From positions 1 to 56,183 of the forward strand of contig JALVJE010000209.1 of NCBI GenBank assembly GCA_027028505.1: a DNA stretch of 56,183 nucleotides. The letters run 5' to 3'. This DNA comes from Bacteroidales bacterium (GTDB lineage: Bacteria; Bacteroidota; Bacteroidia; Bacteroidales; VadinHA17). The notes under the pieces are model-generated. The model did no database searches, was not told the DNA's origin, and saw nothing but the letters and a program-made list of their open reading frames with translations. Shown here one piece after another: positions 45,058 to 54,712 of the stretch (its first letter is position 1; every line of letters begins with the position of its first letter). The position numbers and the translations under genes were made by a program.

Positions 45058-46566
45058 TTAAGCGGGCATAAGTGGTAATGAGAACCCGTTATGATAAGTG
45101 TGTTTTATATACTCTTCCGCAGCCGCCTTGGCATTCAACGTAGTGTACTGGGTGTTGAACTTGGGATCGCCGTCCACCACCTTGAAGCTGTCGGTGGTGA
45201 CCACCCGGATCCTGTCAGAGTCGGAGATATTTGTAAACCGCATGTTCTCGCCATCCCATTCGAGCCAGCGGTTGAGGTCCTGCAGACGTACAACCACAAC
45301 CCCCATGACGACCATCTCATTGAGTGGTCCGGCATAATTGAAGTTGGAAGAAGGCTGCACACGGTTTTCAGGGCTTTCCTTGCAGGCGCGTATCCAGTCC
45401 TGTTCATGAGCTCCATCGCTCCATTTCAGACCGGTCTCCTCTTCGGGACGGCGCAGGGTTTTCGGCGGAGGCGTGAAATCCTTCATCCTGCTGTAAGGCA
45501 ACAGAGTAGGATTTTTACCATAGCAACCGGTCATGATCTTGCCTTTTTCACCAATAAAGAGACATCCGCCGTTCCTGTCGCGGCCCATGATCTCGCCGTC
45601 GGGGAGTTCTTCGGGACGGGGCGGCAGGAGACCGCCGTCGTACCAGCTTACCTCTACTTCGGGATCATCACCCCGGGCGGGGAAGACATAATGCACGACC
45701 TCGGCATGCGGCGGAGACTCAGTATTGACCTGGGTTGAACTGGCTGTCACCTTCGTGGGATACTTCAGGTTAAGGGCCTTGAAAATGGGATCCATGATGT
45801 GGTTGGCCATATCGCCGAGGGCTCCTGTTCCGAAGTCCCACCAACCCCTCCAGTTCCATGGGGTATAAATGGGATTATAGGGACGTTTGGGTGCGGGACC
45901 TATGAAAAGATCCCATTTGAGTGTCTCGGGCACGGGATATACATCTTTGGGACGCTCCAGACCCTGAGGCCAGATAGGCCGGTTGGTCCAGGCATAAGCT
46001 TTTTTCACCTTACCGATGACCCCGGCCTGGATCCATTCGGTAACCTGCCGGATGCCTTCGCCGGAGTTTCCCTGGTTACCCATCTGGGTAGCAACTTTGT
46101 ATTTGTTGGCCAGCTTGGTCAGCAATCGCGACTCATACACGCTATGTGTCAGAGGTTTCTGCACATAGACATGTTTACCCATGGTGATGGCGTGGGCCGC
46201 TGTCACAGCGTGAGTATGGTCGGGTGTAGCAATGATCACCGCATCGATCGACTTACCCATTTTGTCAAACATCTCCCGCCAGTCGTAAAAAACCTTGGCT
46301 TTCGGATAATCTTTGAAAGTCTTGGCAGCATACTTGTGGTCGACATCAGCCAGCGCCACAATATTCTCTGTAGAGGCATGCCGCAGGTTGGTACGGCCCA
46401 TACCTCCCACACCAATACCGGCAATGTTAAGCTTATCAGACGGTGCCTTGTGCCCCAGTCCGCTGACAACCGTACTGGGAACAATGGTGAATGCCGCCGT
46501 AGCAGCTGCGGTCTTGCCAAGAAAATCTCTCCTGGTCAATCCGCGCGGTTTCTTTTTTTCTTTCAT
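45058..46566 (-). CDS. Tat-exported Gfo/Idh/MocA oxidoreductase (putative glycoside 3-dehydrogenase subunit)
   Basis: TRRDFL twin-arginine motif; PSDKLNIAGIGVGGMG, IATPDHTHA, KHVYVQKPLTH, TQMGNQG and WRGWWDFGTGALGDM. Confidence 0.88.
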   Translation of the reverse strand: MKEKKKPRGLTRRDFLGKTAAATAAFTIVPSTVVSGLGHKAPSDKLNIAGIGVGGMGRTNLRHASTENIVALADVDHKYAAKTFKDYPKAKVFYDWREMFDKMGKSIDAVIIATPDHTHAVTAAHAITMGKHVYVQKPLTHSVYESRLLTKLANKYKVATQMGNQGNSGEGIRQVTEWIQAGVIGKVKKAYAWTNRPIWPQGLERPKDVYPVPETLKWDLFIGPAPKRPYNPIYTPWNWRGWWDFGTGALGDMANHIMDPIFKALNLKYPTKVTASSTQVNTESPPHAEVVHYVFPARGDDPEVEVSWYDGGLLPPRPEELPDGEIMGRDRNGGCLFIGEKGKIMTGCYGKNPTLLPYSRMKDFTPPPKTLRRPEEETGLKWSDGAHEQDWIRACKESPENRVQPSSNFNYAGPLNEMVVMGVVVVRLQDLNRWLEWDGENMRFTNISDSDRIRVVTTDSFKVVDGDPKFNTQYTTLNAKAAAEEYIKHTYHNGFSLPLMPA

Positions 46567-46694
46567 TTTTTAATTCGTTTAAGATTACAAGGAACAGTTT
46601 CGAAAATGGCTAATAAAATTACTTAAATTCTTAGAAATATAAAATTTCCGGCACTATTTTTTAAATTTACGCTCCTTTATGAACTGCTCAGACC

Positions 46695-47855
46695 ATGGAG
46701 AACAAACTGAAATACGGAATGATCGGCGGGGGTACCGGATCATTTATCGGGCCTGTACACCGCATGGCTGCCGAATTGGACAGCATGGCACAACTGGTAT
46801 GCGGAGCATTCAGCAGCGACCCCGGACGTTCGGCCGCTTCCGGCAAAGAACTGGGGCTGGATCCTGCCAGGGTCTACCCCGATTTCCGGGCCATGATAAC
46901 CTCGGAACGGGAGTTGCCCGAAGAGAGCCGGATGGATTTCGTCGTCATCGTCACGCCCAATCACCTGCATTACGAGCCGGCACGGATGGCCCTGGAGAAC
47001 GGCTTTCATGTGGTATGTGACAAGCCGCTCACCCGCACCCTGCAGAAGGCGGAAGCATTGGGAGAAGCAGTGAAAAAAAGCGGCCTGCTGTTTGCGCTCA
47101 CCCATACCTACACCGGTTATCCCATGGTAAAAAAAGCCCGTGAGCTGGTACGCAGCGGCGCCCTGGGCAGGATACACAAGGTAATGGTCACCTACCTGCA
47201 AGGCTGGCTCTCCTCCTACCCCGAAGGCAGCGGCCAGAAACAGGCTCTCTGGCGCACCGATCCCCGCTACACCGGCAAAACCAGCACCATGGGAGACATC
47301 GGCACACATGCGGAGAACCTTATCTCCTATGTATCGGGACTGAAGATACAGGAGATCTCAGCCCAACTCAATACCCTCATCAAAGAACGCAAAATGGATG
47401 ACGATGGCAGTGTCATGCTCCGGTATGAGGAGGGAGTGGCAGGAGCCATCCTGGTCAGCCAGGTGGCCACCGGCGAAGAGAACAATGTGACCCTGCGCGT
47501 CTACGGGGAGAAAGGAGGCCTCGAATGGAACCAGATGGAACCCAACTCCCTCATCGTCCGTTGGGAAGAGGGGCCCATCCAGGTATACCGCACCGGCGTA
47601 AGCGTGACAGGCATCACCGGTGGCTATGACCCGGGAAACCGCCTGCCCTCAGGACATCCCGAAGGATTCATCGAAGCCTTTGCCAATATCTATAAACAAT
47701 TCGAACAAGCCCTCCTCGACAGAAAAGCAGGGAAAGCTCCTCCCCCCCACGGCTATGATTTTCCCACCGTCGAGGATGGCATCCGGGGCATGAAGTTTCT
47801 CGAGAAAGTGGTGGAATCCTCCCTGTCAGAGAAAAAATGGATCCCCTTTACATAA
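46695..47855 (+). CDS. Cytoplasmic Gfo/Idh/MocA oxidoreductase
   Basis: GMIGGGTGSFIG.VHR.AA, VTPNHLH, HVVCDKP, GDIGTHA and P.GHPEGFIEAFANIY; no signal peptide. Confidence 0.88.
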   Translation: MENKLKYGMIGGGTGSFIGPVHRMAAELDSMAQLVCGAFSSDPGRSAASGKELGLDPARVYPDFRAMITSERELPEESRMDFVVIVTPNHLHYEPARMALENGFHVVCDKPLTRTLQKAEALGEAVKKSGLLFALTHTYTGYPMVKKARELVRSGALGRIHKVMVTYLQGWLSSYPEGSGQKQALWRTDPRYTGKTSTMGDIGTHAENLISYVSGLKIQEISAQLNTLIKERKMDDDGSVMLRYEEGVAGAILVSQVATGEENNVTLRVYGEKGGLEWNQMEPNSLIVRWEEGPIQVYRTGVSVTGITGGYDPGNRLPSGHPEGFIEAFANIYKQFEQALLDRKAGKAPPPHGYDFPTVEDGIRGMKFLEKVVESSLSEKKWIPFT

Positions 47856-47903
47856 CAGAACCTAAGATCATTCGTTTATCATAAAAAATAATAAGGAATA
47901 GAC

Positions 47904-49532
47904 ATGACTGAAAAAAACAAGAACAGAAACAGGAATTTTCATGATCTGGAAGGTCAGTACGGCCTGGATTATCTGGAGTTAAAGAACCTGAACCACGTCT
48001 ACTGGAATCCGGTGACTGCGGTATTGTACGAACACGTCATCCAGCGACGGGAAGGGCTTCTCTCCCACCTGGGGCCTATGGTGGTGCGTACGGGGACTTA
48101 CACGGGCCGTTCGCCCAACGACAAGTTCATTGTGAAAGAAAAGAGCACACAGGACCTTATTGCCTGGGGGGATGTGAACCGGCCGTTCAGGCCCGAGCAG
48201 TTCGACTGCCTGTGGAAACGCATGCAGGCCTACCTGCAGGGAAAAGATATTTTTGTCCAGGACAGCTACATAGGCTCCGATCCCGAGCACCGCGTACCGT
48301 TGCGCGTGATCACCGAATATGCCTGGCAGTCCCTCTTCGCCAGGAACATGTTCAACCGCATCCTGGACACGGAAGAGCTGCGGCATTTCATCCCCGAATA
48401 TACCATTGTGGCGCTGCCGGGCTTTAAGGCGATCCCCGAGATCGACGGCACCAACTCCGAGGCATTCATCATCCTGAACCTGGCAAAAAAGATGGTGATC
48501 ATCGGCGGCACCAGCTATGCCGGAGAGATCAAGAAATCGGCCTTCACGCTGATGAACTTCCTCCTGCCGCAAAAAGAGGTGATGCCTATGCACTGCAGCG
48601 CGAATGTCGGGGCCGAAGGTGATACGGCCTTGTTCTTCGGCCTGTCGGGCACCGGCAAGACAACACTCTCGGCTGATCCCTCACGGCACCTGATCGGGGA
48701 TGACGAGCACGGCTGGACCGACAAAGGGGTTTTCAACTTTGAAGGAGGTTGTTATGCCAAAGTGATCCGGCTCTCCGAGGAGGCCGAACCTGAGATCTAC
48801 GCCACCACCCGCCGTTTCGGCACCATCCTGGAGAATGTGGCCATTGACACGGTGACGCGCCGTATTGATCTGGACGATGCCTCGCTGACCGAGAACACGC
48901 GGGCTTCCTATCCCCTGACCCATCTGGAGAATATCGTCCCGGAAGCCATGGGCGGCCATCCCCGCAACATCATTTTCCTGACGGCAGATGCTTTCGGGGT
49001 ATTGCCACCCATCTCACGGCTCACTCCGGAGCAGGCCATGTACCAGTTCTTGCTGGGTTATACCGCCAAGGTAGCAGGCACCGAGCGGGGCATCACCGAG
49101 CCACAGGCCACTTTCAGCAGTTGCTTCGGTGAGCCTTTCATGCCGATGTCCCCCACGGTCTATGCCAGGCTGCTGGGCCGCAAGATAGAAGAACAGGGAG
49201 CCCACACCTGGCTGGTCAACACCGGATGGATCGGAGGACCTTACGGAACCGGTGAGCGTATCTCCATCAAGTACACACGCGCTCTGCTCAATGCTGCCCT
49301 GGAAGGCAAACTGGACGATGTGGAATACAGCACGGACCCGGTGTTCGGCCTTTCCGTACCGCTCAGCTGCCCCGGCGTGCCTTCGGAGATCCTTCTGCCG
49401 AGAAACACATGGAAAGACAAAAATGCTTATGATGAGCAGGCCGGGAAGCTGGCGGCCCTTTTCCGGGAGAACTTCAAAAAATATGAATCCGAGGTGGAGG
49501 ACGATGTGATCGCGGCCGGTCCCAAAGGATGA
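47904..49532 (+). CDS. pckA: Phosphoenolpyruvate carboxykinase (ATP)
   Basis: TG.YTGRSP.DKFIV, YAGEIKKS, MHCSAN, P-loop GLSGTGKTTLS, IGDDEHGW, FNFEGGCYAK and TENTRASYP. Confidence 0.97.
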   Translation: MTEKNKNRNRNFHDLEGQYGLDYLELKNLNHVYWNPVTAVLYEHVIQRREGLLSHLGPMVVRTGTYTGRSPNDKFIVKEKSTQDLIAWGDVNRPFRPEQFDCLWKRMQAYLQGKDIFVQDSYIGSDPEHRVPLRVITEYAWQSLFARNMFNRILDTEELRHFIPEYTIVALPGFKAIPEIDGTNSEAFIILNLAKKMVIIGGTSYAGEIKKSAFTLMNFLLPQKEVMPMHCSANVGAEGDTALFFGLSGTGKTTLSADPSRHLIGDDEHGWTDKGVFNFEGGCYAKVIRLSEEAEPEIYATTRRFGTILENVAIDTVTRRIDLDDASLTENTRASYPLTHLENIVPEAMGGHPRNIIFLTADAFGVLPPISRLTPEQAMYQFLLGYTAKVAGTERGITEPQATFSSCFGEPFMPMSPTVYARLLGRKIEEQGAHTWLVNTGWIGGPYGTGERISIKYTRALLNAALEGKLDDVEYSTDPVFGLSVPLSCPGVPSEILLPRNTWKDKNAYDEQAGKLAALFRENFKKYESEVEDDVIAAGPKG

Positions 49533-49574
49533 TCCGGCAAAAGGCGGGGTACTTCTCCGAGGAAGGTACGACAC

Positions 49575-49610
49575 AAAAAAAAGGGCTGCAAGCTTGCAGC
49601 CCTTTTTTTT
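49575..49610. terminator. Bidirectional intrinsic terminator between convergent pckA and the oxidoreductase gene
   Basis: A8-GGGCTGCA-AGCT-TGCAGCCC-T8. Confidence 0.9.
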
Positions 49611-51291
49611 ATCCCAGATACTCAATGGGTTTTAGGTTGGTCTCCTGTAATTTCTCAGGTATAGGTTTCAGATCAACGATCTGCTCCTTGTCATAGTCCC
49701 ATTCGACACGTTTGCCTTCACGCATGGCGATCACCCCCATCAGGTTGGTAATGGCCTCCTCAAAGCCCCGGTCAATGTTACAGCTGGGTTGTGTCTTCTT
49801 ACGGATGGCTTCGAGCCAGTTTTTGATGTGCAGGTGGGTGGTGTTGACACGCTTCCCGCCACGATAGGTATAGAGCAGCCCGCGGCCAGCGAAATACTGC
49901 TCGGTGGCCGTGGTGATAGCATCGGGGTTCTTACGTCCCGGCACATAGGAATAGATCGGCACGTCAGGCTTGATATCGCCGTTCTCGATCAGTTTTTTGT
50001 AACGGTCGGAGCGTCTGTCAGCATAAACGTTCAAGGTACTTCCCAACTCCATATAACCGTCATGGCCCATGAGCACCTTGCCACGGTTCTTACTGCTGGC
50101 GAGGGTAGCGCTGTAAAGCAGGGTCATATCCCGGTCGGGATATTCGAAGATCTCCTGCTGCACATCATAGACCGTACGGCCATCCTGGAAATAGTAGATA
50201 CCACCCGATCCGGAGGCATACTGCGGGATACCCATCTCCAGGATCTGGTTGATGGCATCAAATTCGTGGGTGAAGAGATCGCCGGAGAGGCCCGTACTGT
50301 AATCCCACCAGCAACGCCAGCGAAAGAAACGCTTGAGATCAAAGTCATGCCAGGGAGCCTGGCCAATGAACTGTTTCCAGTCGATATTCTTCGGTGAGGC
50401 TTTCGGGTGGATAGGGTATACCCATGCTCCGTTGGGATCATTACGGTTGGTGGTCACCTCGATCAGGTTGATCTTACCCAGGAGATTTTTTTCTACCGCT
50501 TCCTTCGCCTTGATATAGCTCTCGGTCTCACGTCCCTGATGTCCCAGCTGGAAGGCGATGCCGGCCTTTTTCACCTCACGGCGTACGGCATAAGCCTCGG
50601 GGAGGGTCCAGGTCATAGGTTTCTCACAATAGACATGCTTGCCATGACGGGCTGCCTCGATGGTGATAGGAGCATGCCAGTGGTCAGGAGCGGCAATGAT
50701 CACGGCATCGATATCATCGGCAGCCATCATCTCCTGGTAGGTACGGTATCTTTTCACATTGTCCGGAAGTTTGGCATCGGTGCCCTGCCGCTTAACATTG
50801 GCGGCCGTCTCCATGGCTTCCTGCGCATGGATGTCAAAGACATCACACACTCCGTTGAACACAATGTTCAGGTCTTCCTGCTTCATAAACTCCTGATAGC
50901 GTTTGTCGCGCGGGTTCTTCTCAGCGGCTTCCCTCAGCTTGTCGACCTTCGCGGGATGGAGAAATCCGGCAGCCTCCATGAGCTGTGGCCCTCGGATACC
51001 AAATCCCACAATCCCCAGACGCAACTGTTTCCCCGATACGGGTGTCGAAGACATCACCGGCGGGGCATACTCCATGCCCACCTCATCCCGAATCACTTTC
51101 TTGATTATCTGATCATAACGACGCTTCTTGTAATAACCCCAGGCAAAAACCCCCAATACAGGGACGGTAGCGAGGCTCTTCAGGATGTCACGACGTTTCA
51201 TCTGTTTCCCGGACAAGGTTTCTTTCTCTTTGCCGGTTTCCTTGTTTTCCTGACCTTCTCCGGCCGGATTCTTCTGATCTTTTTCTTCCAT
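49609..51291 (-). CDS. Tat/membrane-anchored Gfo/Idh/MocA oxidoreductase (putative second glycoside 3-dehydrogenase subunit)
   Basis: KRRDILKSLATVPVLG; LGIVGFGIRG, IAAPDHWH, KHVYCEKPM, FQLGHQGR and RFFRWRCWWDYSTGLSGDL. Confidence 0.88.
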   Translation of the reverse strand: MEEKDQKNPAGEGQENKETGKEKETLSGKQMKRRDILKSLATVPVLGVFAWGYYKKRRYDQIIKKVIRDEVGMEYAPPVMSSTPVSGKQLRLGIVGFGIRGPQLMEAAGFLHPAKVDKLREAAEKNPRDKRYQEFMKQEDLNIVFNGVCDVFDIHAQEAMETAANVKRQGTDAKLPDNVKRYRTYQEMMAADDIDAVIIAAPDHWHAPITIEAARHGKHVYCEKPMTWTLPEAYAVRREVKKAGIAFQLGHQGRETESYIKAKEAVEKNLLGKINLIEVTTNRNDPNGAWVYPIHPKASPKNIDWKQFIGQAPWHDFDLKRFFRWRCWWDYSTGLSGDLFTHEFDAINQILEMGIPQYASGSGGIYYFQDGRTVYDVQQEIFEYPDRDMTLLYSATLASSKNRGKVLMGHDGYMELGSTLNVYADRRSDRYKKLIENGDIKPDVPIYSYVPGRKNPDAITTATEQYFAGRGLLYTYRGGKRVNTTHLHIKNWLEAIRKKTQPSCNIDRGFEEAITNLMGVIAMREGKRVEWDYDKEQIVDLKPIPEKLQETNLKPIEYLG

Positions 51292-51302
51292 TGTATTTGC
51301 TG

Positions 51303-51794
51303 TTAACGCTGAGATTTTTTCTTAAAAAGAGGGGCAAGAAGGGCATCCAGCCCGATGCGGGTGGGAAAGACATACAGGACCAACAGAGCTGACAGCTCTA
51401 TGAGGGTCTTGTTCACGATCATATAGCTTCCCTCGGCAGGCACGGAAAATACCAGACCGGGGAAAGGAGGATGCGAGAGATAGTAAAGGGCCAGAAGGAC
51501 GATGCCTGAAAAGACAGAGATACGCGTAAAAAGCCCCAGGATCAGACCCAGTCCGATAAGCACAAGGCCCCATTTATTCAGGAAATCCACCGTATGGAGG
51601 AGCGAAGGCTTATAGGTCAGAGAGTGGAAAAAACCGCTCATAACCCCTTTCGAGTCGAGCAGATAGGCCGCCGACGACCAGTCGGGGTTGGCCAGCTTGG
51701 CAAGGCCTTCATACAGGAAATGCCACCCGATAAGGGTCCTCAGGGTCACCAGAAATGTAGTCTGGCCCAACGTGTAGTCACATGATCGTTTCAT
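51303..51794 (-). CDS. DoxX family membrane protein
   Basis: Start reassigned to 51794. LR.LIGWHFLYEGL.KL, IGLGLILGLFTR, LL.LYYLS.PP and EG.Y.IVNK.LIE. -7 box TAACTTTG at 51810-51817 on the minus strand. Confidence 0.85.
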   Translation of the reverse strand: MKRSCDYTLGQTTFLVTLRTLIGWHFLYEGLAKLANPDWSSAAYLLDSKGVMSGFFHSLTYKPSLLHTVDFLNKWGLVLIGLGLILGLFTRISVFSGIVLLALYYLSHPPFPGLVFSVPAEGSYMIVNKTLIELSALLVLYVFPTRIGLDALLAPLFKKKSQR

Positions 51795-51883
51795 ATGTAA
51801 AAATTTTGTCAAAGTTAAGAAATCCGGAACAACGGATTTGTTTTATTTTAACCGGTAAAATTAAATCTTTCTGTTGTTTACTG

Positions 51884-54541
51884 TTATTGCGGGGTATATT
51901 GTCCCATCAGGATGGCATTGAACAGCAACTTGAAGGTTGCAGGCGTGGAGACACGGAACTGGGGGTTGAACCCCATCAGGATCATCTGTCCTTTTCCTTT
52001 CCGTATCCAGACGATAGCAGATTTTCCGCCCATCAACTCAGGGTGTTCGGCATAACCGCTCATCAGTATATTTTCTTCGGGATAGGTTCCCATGACACGG
52101 CGGTCGCTGTCAAAAGGAGGCAAAGAGGTTGCAAAAACAGGACGGCCACGGGAGAAAACACCTACGGAAGAAAGCATCCCCTCTGATACCGGCATACCGG
52201 GATTGAGCTCCACCCGGACCAGCGACCCCGGTACGTACAGGCCTTTCTCGGCCAGAGAAGAGGAGATATCATGGAAAGGCAGCGTAAAGTTCTCCTTGGT
52301 AGTGGTCTTACCGTTCTTGCGCGTGACAGTCTGTTTCCCTTCGAAGAGGGCCGTGGAGCTACCCCAGGATATGATCTTCCCACCGTCCTCGAACCATTTC
52401 ATCAGTTTCTGAAGGCCATCCTTGCCCATGCCTTTGGTATATTCAGGTGCATAATAAGACATATAATAACTGCCGGCACCGGCTGTGCCGCCCAGCAAAG
52501 CAGATTTGGATGACGAGGGGAAGATGATCATATCATAAGCGGAAAGATCGGCAGAAGGGATATCTCCGGGATGAAGTACTTTGAAAGGAATATGGTAGGT
52601 ATCGAAAAGATAGCGGGTCCAGCCGGCATCCATATCATGGTAATAGGTTTCCACCAGAGCAATGCGTGGTATAGCAAACGGTTCTTCAGAGAGAGTGGTT
52701 CCCTCACCGACAGACACCGGTGTGAAGGTAAACATTTTGTTCAGGAGATCCCACCCCTCTTTGTCTTTGTCCGATCGGGAAACAACGAAACTGCCTGCTG
52801 CATATTTTTTGCCGTTGATCACCACATCTTCTTTCAGGCGCTTTACTGTCATTCCGTTTTGGGCAGCCAGGAAAGCAGCTTTGAAACTCTCATTGTAATC
52901 CACGGGGAGGATTACCGTTTTCACTGCCGGGGCCAGGGGCTGTTCGAGGAGCGTGAAGGTCTCCCTGAGTGGCTCCAGGGCGGCACCCACCTCCGGGGCA
53001 GGCTCCGTGACCGTCACCGTTTCTATCTGCCGCTGTAATGGCAACGACCAGGTGGTAATATCATAAGGTTTGATGATCTTCCCGCCCGGGGTATAATGAC
53101 GCACCGGGAATTCCTGTTTTTCCATCACCTCCTTGATGAAGGCCCGGAAGGGCTGGGCCAGGGGCACCACCAGGTCGCCCGTATGGAAAAGACGGTCGTT
53201 GAGCATCACGTCTTTTTTCAACGTATAGACATTCACCCCCTGTTCGCGCAGAAGATTGACCAGACCTACCAGTTCGCTCACGTCATGCTGCTCGCGGGGC
53301 ATGATATAATAATAAGGAGGCTGTGTCTTTCCCAGCTCCACCTCTTTTTTACACAGATCGTTCCTGAACTTCAGGATCTTGTCATGATAAAGAGCAGCCG
53401 TTTTAATGATGGAGCGCACCGAGACCTGCTCGTATTCCACGATATCCCCCAGGCGCCACCAACCCCCTTCCCAGGGCATAGGCATATTGATGCTCTTTTT
53501 ATACTCGGACAATCCTTTTCCCCCCACCCTCAGTTCGTTCGGCTCCACATAGATGGGTGTTGCATAACGAGCACTGGCGCATTCGGTAAGGAAAGCAATG
53601 ACATTCTGCCAGATACAGGTCTCTGTCGAACCGGGCCAGTAATTATCAAAGGCATAATGCTGCGATACACCGGCCAGTCCCGCATGGGTCATATCGTTGA
53701 TGAGATTCTGCCCGAAGATCCCCGTCCAGGTCCACATGTTGGCATCAATGTTAAGGGCGATAGGATCGGAATTGGGCGGGACATAGTAACGTGGACCTGT
53801 CGTGCCCATCTGGTGTTTTTCGACCATCACCTGGGGAAACCAGGTCTGCGTGAAGATACGCTGGATGTTACGCGTGTCTTCCTGGCTCAGAATAACAAAG
53901 TCGCGGTTGTTGTCATGTCCGACATACTTATGGTAAACACCGGGAAGAGAAGCCCCCTCGTATTTTGTTCCCTTGTATTTTCTGTAGTTCTTCACCACCA
54001 GGTCCATGCCGTCGGGATTGTGACAGGGAACCATCATATAAACCACCTTATCAAGCCATGCAGTTTTTTCAGGATCGTTGGTGGTCGTAAGTTCATAGGC
54101 CTCCAGCGGAGCTGCCTGCGAAGGTCCCACCTCATCACTGTGCATGGAGAGGGTCGCCGCCACAAAAACCCGGCCTTCCCTGATCAGCTTTTGCTGCTCC
54201 GCATCACTGAGCGTGGCATCTAGGGCCAGCTTGCGGTTGATCTCCTGCAGACGGCTGAGATTGTTGATATTCTCTTCGGAAGAGAAAAAAGCAATGTACA
54301 TCGGCCGGCCCATGGGACTCTTACCTATCGTGATCATCTTCATCCGGGGAGAAGCTTCATCCACTTTCTGAAGATAGGCGATCAACTGCTCGTAATCGAT
54401 CAGGTTCCTGTCACTACCCGGAACGAAACCGAAAAAAGACTCCGGCACTGGCACATCAGCCGCACACGTTAAGGGTGGCGGTAGTACAAACAGAAAAAAA
54501 GAGGCAAAGAAAAAAATCAGGGAGATCAATTTTTGGGACAT
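51884..54541 (-). CDS. Secreted M14 zinc carboxypeptidase-family protein with C-terminal glutamine-amidotransferase-like domain
   Basis: Zn motif MHSDE (HxxE), NPDG, DNNRD and HQM; later DAGWTRYLF and YDMIIFP. -7 box TATTTTTG at 54568-54575 on the minus strand. Confidence 0.85.
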   Translation of the reverse strand: MSQKLISLIFFFASFFLFVLPPPLTCAADVPVPESFFGFVPGSDRNLIDYEQLIAYLQKVDEASPRMKMITIGKSPMGRPMYIAFFSSEENINNLSRLQEINRKLALDATLSDAEQQKLIREGRVFVAATLSMHSDEVGPSQAAPLEAYELTTTNDPEKTAWLDKVVYMMVPCHNPDGMDLVVKNYRKYKGTKYEGASLPGVYHKYVGHDNNRDFVILSQEDTRNIQRIFTQTWFPQVMVEKHQMGTTGPRYYVPPNSDPIALNIDANMWTWTGIFGQNLINDMTHAGLAGVSQHYAFDNYWPGSTETCIWQNVIAFLTECASARYATPIYVEPNELRVGGKGLSEYKKSINMPMPWEGGWWRLGDIVEYEQVSVRSIIKTAALYHDKILKFRNDLCKKEVELGKTQPPYYYIMPREQHDVSELVGLVNLLREQGVNVYTLKKDVMLNDRLFHTGDLVVPLAQPFRAFIKEVMEKQEFPVRHYTPGGKIIKPYDITTWSLPLQRQIETVTVTEPAPEVGAALEPLRETFTLLEQPLAPAVKTVILPVDYNESFKAAFLAAQNGMTVKRLKEDVVINGKKYAAGSFVVSRSDKDKEGWDLLNKMFTFTPVSVGEGTTLSEEPFAIPRIALVETYYHDMDAGWTRYLFDTYHIPFKVLHPGDIPSADLSAYDMIIFPSSSKSALLGGTAGAGSYYMSYYAPEYTKGMGKDGLQKLMKWFEDGGKIISWGSSTALFEGKQTVTRKNGKTTTKENFTLPFHDISSSLAEKGLYVPGSLVRVELNPGMPVSEGMLSSVGVFSRGRPVFATSLPPFDSDRRVMGTYPEENILMSGYAEHPELMGGKSAIVWIRKGKGQMILMGFNPQFRVSTPATFKLLFNAILMGQYTPQ

Positions 54542-54712
54542 AGCTGGGAAATTTTGGGTTTAAGGCACAAAAATAGAAAAGTATCGGTATCATTATACCT
54601 GAAACAAAAGAAAAAGAGGCCGGCGGCCTCTGTATTTTGCTTCAGAAAAAGGATAGAATAATGGAAAGATGGAAAAAATGGATTATTAGGGAATGAATTC
54701 TGATTTTTGAAT

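Noticed and set aside
53096-54223. 375-aa plus-strand ORF
   Set aside because: Antisense shadow of the M14 peptidase.
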